In this document: positions 59,977-64,000 of the stretch, piece by piece
Position numbering within the stretch: the first letter of the stretch is position 1
How the letters are laid out: every line of letters starts with the position of its first letter
Assembly (NCBI GenBank): GCA_050253075.1
Contig: JBFWJS010000001.1
Span: 640,001 to 704,000 of the forward strand
Length of the DNA: 64,000 nucleotides
Reading direction: 5' to 3'
Source: Deferribacterales bacterium
Lineage (GTDB): Bacteria > Chrysiogenota > Deferribacteres > Deferribacterales > Geovibrionaceae
The notes under the pieces: model-generated
What the model was told of the DNA's origin: nothing
Database searches by the model: none
Seen by the model: only the letters and a program-made list of their open reading frames with translations
Made by a program: the position numbers and the translations under genes

Positions 59977-61899
59977 TTGAAGAAAATCAAGCTTGGCGCA
60001 CTGATTTATAAAAATTTTATGACTGCAGCCCTGATCCCGATCCTGTTCATAGAGATCGCTCTTATCATAATGTATTTTTCCATCAATAATTATATCAGCG
60101 ACAAGGTTTCCCGTACTTTTGTCAGCCAGTCTCAGCATTCGATAATCAACCTTGTCTCCAAAGAGGCCGAGATAATAAATAACCACTTTCTTGAGGTGGA
60201 GCGGGCTGTTCTTTCCCTTCAGGATGAGCATCAGGCATTTTTCAATAAGCTGGACAGTATGCCGGTCACCGGCGGGTATGGAATATTCAAGACCCACACG
60301 AACGGCGTTTTTTACAAAGCTGTGGATAACGGCGGCAGTGCTCTGTATTATTCATCGGATACCCCCATGGGTGAAAAGGAAAAGAGAAAAGCGCTCCTTA
60401 CCGAACAGCTCGATGAATCTTTCAAGTATCTGGTGAATCATAATCCCCTGATAGCGCAGGTATATATAAACACATTCGACAATATGAACAGGATATATCC
60501 TTTCATTAAGGACATCCCGAACCAGTACGGGCCAGACCTTAAGATGGAGGACTATAACTTCTATTACGAAGCTGACCTTATGCATAACCCTCTGAAAAAA
60601 CCTGTGTGGACAAGCGCATACCTCGACCCTGCGGGGATGGGATGGCTTATCTCTTGTATTGTGCCTATATATAAAGGCGGATTCCTCGAGGGCGTGACGG
60701 GGATGGATATCACCGTGGCGAAGCTGATAGACCACATTCTTAATCTGAATCTGCCGAATGAGTCCAAGGCATTTATGGTGGATGAAAACGGAATGATACT
60801 CGCCATGGGGGCTGATATCGAAAAACTGCTCGATCTGCACGAGCTGAAAGAGCACGCATACGACAAAACAATTGATATGACAATATATAAGCCTGAAAAG
60901 TATAACCTTTATCAGCATCCGAACCCTGAGACCAGAAAGACACTGACAAGTATATTCGGAGCTAATGTTGAATACTCTGAGACAAGCATAAAAGGGCACG
61001 AATACTTCGTGGTGAACAGGATGATCCCGCAGACGGGCTGGCATCTTTTTGTGGTGACAGACATGGATCAGCTCGTGGAACCTATCATAGACCTTAAGAA
61101 AATGTCTTTTAAGATAGGTATGATAGCAGTTATGGCTATGTTCGGCTTTTACCTCTGCTTCTTCTTCTACTTTAAGCGTCGCTCCACGAAGCTGTCTGAG
61201 ATGATCAGTGCACCGATAGTAAGTCTTTCGGAAGATACTAAATATGTAGGTACCGAGTTTTTTGCGTATGATTATGACGATTCGGAGATAATAGAGATAC
61301 AGCAGCTCAACGAAAATTTCGAAGAGATGACAAATCAACTTGAAAAGCGCACAAAGGAGCTTGTGCGTGCTGAGGTGGAGAAGCTGGAAAGCGAGCAGGA
61401 GGCTGAGAAGCTCTTGCTGATATCCATCACTGATCCGCTGACAAAGTTGTATAACAGGCTTAAAGTTGACGAGATACTAGACTATGAAGTAGAGCAGGCG
61501 AACAGATACGGGAAGAAGCTCTCTGTCGTGATGGGCGACATCGACCACTTTAAACGTGTGAACGACATATTTGGCCATCAGAAGGGGGACGACGTGCTGA
61601 AAGCCTTTGCGGGCATCCTCGCTGAAAATACCAGAAGCAGCGACACCGTTGCCAGGTGGGGCGGGGAGGAATTCCTTATAGTGTTTACAAACACGGCCGC
61701 AGAGGAAGCGTTCGGCATAGCGGAGAAGCTCCGTGTGCTGATCTCGGAGTATGACTTCGGCGTGAATGACAAGATGACCGCCAGCTTCGGCGTTGCACAG
61801 TTTAAAGACGGCGAGACAAAGGAGTCTCTGATACATCGTGCAGACGAGGCTCTGTATGAGGCAAAGAGGCTCTCTAGAAATCTTGTTGTTAAAAAATAA
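59977..61899 (+). CDS. Diguanylate cyclase (dCache-HAMP-GGDEF)
   Basis: WTSAYLDPAG; TDPLTKLYNR, DIDHFKRVND, RSSD I-site, GGEEF. Confidence 0.92.
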   Translation: MKKIKLGALIYKNFMTAALIPILFIEIALIIMYFSINNYISDKVSRTFVSQSQHSIINLVSKEAEIINNHFLEVERAVLSLQDEHQAFFNKLDSMPVTGGYGIFKTHTNGVFYKAVDNGGSALYYSSDTPMGEKEKRKALLTEQLDESFKYLVNHNPLIAQVYINTFDNMNRIYPFIKDIPNQYGPDLKMEDYNFYYEADLMHNPLKKPVWTSAYLDPAGMGWLISCIVPIYKGGFLEGVTGMDITVAKLIDHILNLNLPNESKAFMVDENGMILAMGADIEKLLDLHELKEHAYDKTIDMTIYKPEKYNLYQHPNPETRKTLTSIFGANVEYSETSIKGHEYFVVNRMIPQTGWHLFVVTDMDQLVEPIIDLKKMSFKIGMIAVMAMFGFYLCFFFYFKRRSTKLSEMISAPIVSLSEDTKYVGTEFFAYDYDDSEIIEIQQLNENFEEMTNQLEKRTKELVRAEVEKLESEQEAEKLLLISITDPLTKLYNRLKVDEILDYEVEQANRYGKKLSVVMGDIDHFKRVNDIFGHQKGDDVLKAFAGILAENTRSSDTVARWGGEEFLIVFTNTAAEEAFGIAEKLRVLISEYDFGVNDKMTASFGVAQFKDGETKESLIHRADEALYEAKRLSRNLVVKK

Positions 61900-62021
61900 A
61901 CTATAGTTTTACTAATAATCTAAGCATATTTCTATTTATTATAGTGTTTTACGTGTAGATAATTTAATTTCTTGTGTTATATTATGTTTGTATATAAATG
62001 CGTTTTATAACGGAGGAAATT

Positions 62022-62798
62022 ATGTCTGAAAAAGTAATTCTCACTTCTGTGAAAGATCATATCGGGTATATCACCCTTAACCGCCCCGAGGCATTCAACA
62101 CATTTACCATAGAGTACGCTGAGCTTCTGAATGATGCTTTGATGCGCTTTGATGTGGATAAGAATGTGCGGGTGGTTGTGATCAACGCAAACGGGAAGAA
62201 CTTTTCCACGGGTATAGACCTCAAAGAATTCGACGATAAAAGCCACCATGATTTCAGGCATTTCATCGCTCTGATGGATAAGCATAACCACACCATAGCA
62301 AAGATGAAAACACCGGTAATATCATCTGTGCAGGGCTATTGTCTCGCAAACGGCGCAGGCCTCAGCTTTGCCGCCGACCTTACCATCGCTGGCGAGAGCG
62401 CGAAATTCGGCACTACGGCCGTGAATGTCGGGCTTATATGCACGGGGCCGGGTGTGCCTCTCCTCGCCAACGTGGGCAGGAAAAAGGCTATGGAGATGGT
62501 CTTGCTGGGGGATATGCTGACAGCGGCGCAGGCTATGGAGCTCGGTCTTGTGAACTGGGTAGTGCCTGATGATGAGCTGGCTGCGAAAACAGACGAGATA
62601 GCCCGCAGACTGGCCGAGAAGAGCCCTCTCGCCATAGAGGCGGGGAAACGAGGCCTCAGTGCGGCATATGACGTCAGCTACAGCGCATCCATCGACTACG
62701 GCTCAGAGATGTTTGCCTCACTTTGCACCAGCGGAGATGCGAAAGAGGGCGTTAAGGCATTTCTGGAAAAGCGCAAGCCTGACTGGCAGCTTAAATGA
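62022..62798 (+). CDS. Enoyl-CoA hydratase/isomerase family protein
   Basis: ITLNRPE, FSTGIDL, DAKEGVKAFLEKR; GGAGG RBS. Confidence 0.9.
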   Translation: MSEKVILTSVKDHIGYITLNRPEAFNTFTIEYAELLNDALMRFDVDKNVRVVVINANGKNFSTGIDLKEFDDKSHHDFRHFIALMDKHNHTIAKMKTPVISSVQGYCLANGAGLSFAADLTIAGESAKFGTTAVNVGLICTGPGVPLLANVGRKKAMEMVLLGDMLTAAQAMELGLVNWVVPDDELAAKTDEIARRLAEKSPLAIEAGKRGLSAAYDVSYSASIDYGSEMFASLCTSGDAKEGVKAFLEKRKPDWQLK

Positions 62799-62799
62799 T

Positions 62800-64000
62800 C
62801 TAGGAGCCCTTGATCATCCTTACGTCGTATTCCAGAATATGATTCAGCAGCCATGAGATAATATTCTTTTCTATGAATGAGAATGAGTCCTCTGTAACAC
62901 CGTAATTCTTCACGCTGGCGTAGATAGCACGGAAGTTCTGCCTGAATACGTTGTGAGAGTCCACATGCCCCTCTGTGAGGGGGTCGTCTGTGGCGAGGAG
63001 TATCATCTCTTCGGTGGTGAAGTGTTCCTCTATATAGCTTTCAAGGAAGCGGAGCAGATGGAGAACGTCCTCTTCGCCCTTGCCGGCCATGATAGATTTT
63101 ATCAGCAGGTTTATCCTGTCGAGGAGTACCTTGTGCTGTTCGTCCACGACAGGTATGCCTACTTCAAGAGCCTCTGTCCATTCCACTTTCAGTTCTCTGC
63201 GGTTGTTTCCGAAAGATGAGTATTCTATGTCTCTGTAAAAGAGGTCATATGTGTCGTGTATCTTTTTAAACTGTTCGGCGCATGCATTTATGGCGTCTAC
63301 AACTATGGGGTCAAAGTGTGTGCTGCGTCCTTCGTTTATGATGGTCATAGCCTTGTCATGGCTGAATGGCTTTTTGTAAACACGTTCAGAGCGGAGTGCG
63401 TCATATACGTCACATACGCTGAATATCCTTGCCTCGAGTGGTATCTCTTCCCCTTTTAGTCCATCCGGATATCCCGTGCCGTCCCATTTTTCATGATGAT
63501 ATACGGCTATGTTGTATCCGAGGTTGAAAAACATGTCGTTTACTTTATGCTTATTTACAAGGTCTTTAAGAACACCTTTTGCATATATCGGGTGCTGTTT
63601 GATGACGTCGAATTCTTCGTCGGTTAGCTTGCCGGGTTTTTTCAGGATGCTGTCCGGCACTCCCACCTTGCCTATGTCGTGAAGGACGGATGCAAAGCCT
63701 ATGTTGTCGAGATAGTCTCTGTTTATCTGCGAGCGGAACTGCGGATACTGCCTCAGATAGTTAGAGAGCAGGGTTCCGTAGTGTCTTGTGCGTTCGAGGT
63801 GGTCGGCTGTCTCGTTATCTTTGAATTCTGCGAGGTTTGCAAGACATACAACTGTTGCCTTCTGGGTTTCCATAAGCTGTGCGATCTGATTGTTCCTCAG
63901 GTATATGAGCACCATGATGAGACCAAAGAAGCCAGTGAAGAATATCAGAGTGAAAAATGTGCTGTATACCAGAGTGTTCTTCACATCCAGCATATCTGAA
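62800..64000 (-). CDS. Membrane HD-GYP phosphodiesterase fused to C-terminal bacteriohemerythrin (5' truncated)
   Basis: LHDIGK, HHEKWDGTGYP; hemerythrin ligands QHK, HFTTEE, HVDSH, HILEYD; frame open to the window end. Confidence 0.9.
   Translation of the reverse strand, partial: SDMLDVKNTLVYSTFFTLIFFTGFFGLIMVLIYLRNNQIAQLMETQKATVVCLANLAEFKDNETADHLERTRHYGTLLSNYLRQYPQFRSQINRDYLDNIGFASVLHDIGKVGVPDSILKKPGKLTDEEFDVIKQHPIYAKGVLKDLVNKHKVNDMFFNLGYNIAVYHHEKWDGTGYPDGLKGEEIPLEARIFSVCDVYDALRSERVYKKPFSHDKAMTIINEGRSTHFDPIVVDAINACAEQFKKIHDTYDLFYRDIEYSSFGNNRRELKVEWTEALEVGIPVVDEQHKVLLDRINLLIKSIMAGKGEEDVLHLLRFLESYIEEHFTTEEMILLATDDPLTEGHVDSHNVFRQNFRAIYASVKNYGVTEDSFSFIEKNIISWLLNHILEYDVRMIKGS

Noticed and set aside
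16261..61338. Long antisense ORFs (16261-17178, 23082-24164, 42531-43448, 60352-61338 and similar)
   Set aside because: They are shadows of well-supported opposite-strand genes, with no motifs of their own.

Overview
Bacterial chromosomal window from an anaerobe that uses selenocysteine and probably fixes nitrogen. The gene set suggests Deferribacterota (Denitrovibrio/Geovibrio/Seleniivibrio-like), but that is only an inference. Bases 1-34.2 kb and 59.8-64 kb are core-like. They carry cowN, modCABD with tandem ModE boxes, a purine permease plus adenine deaminase, the speA-CANSDH-nspC-speB polyamine operon, a UbiD decarboxylase, Sec-containing selD, and GGDEF and HD-GYP/hemerythrin signalling genes. 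A ~25.6 kb genomic island (34173-59814) is integrated in tRNA-Asn(GTT). It has a 49-bp att duplication, a tyrosine integrase, an excisionase-like gene and arm-type repeats. Its cargo looks like a metal(loid)/oxyanion redox module: an arsC pseudogene, ArsR plus an unannotated CxxU Rdx-family selenoprotein, a Lol-like ABC/outer-membrane cassette, a metallophosphoesterase, ChrA, a kinase with a REC-wHTH regulator, an uncharacterised octaheme cytochrome c, and an ECF sigma/ZAS anti-sigma/Spy-like/ABC cassette with two matching ECF promoters. Three genes are read through UGA, each with a SECIS-like hairpin: an ArsC-like UxxC gene (20783-20448), selD (31859-30825) and Rdx (39596-39354). The ORF track truncates the first two and misses the third.
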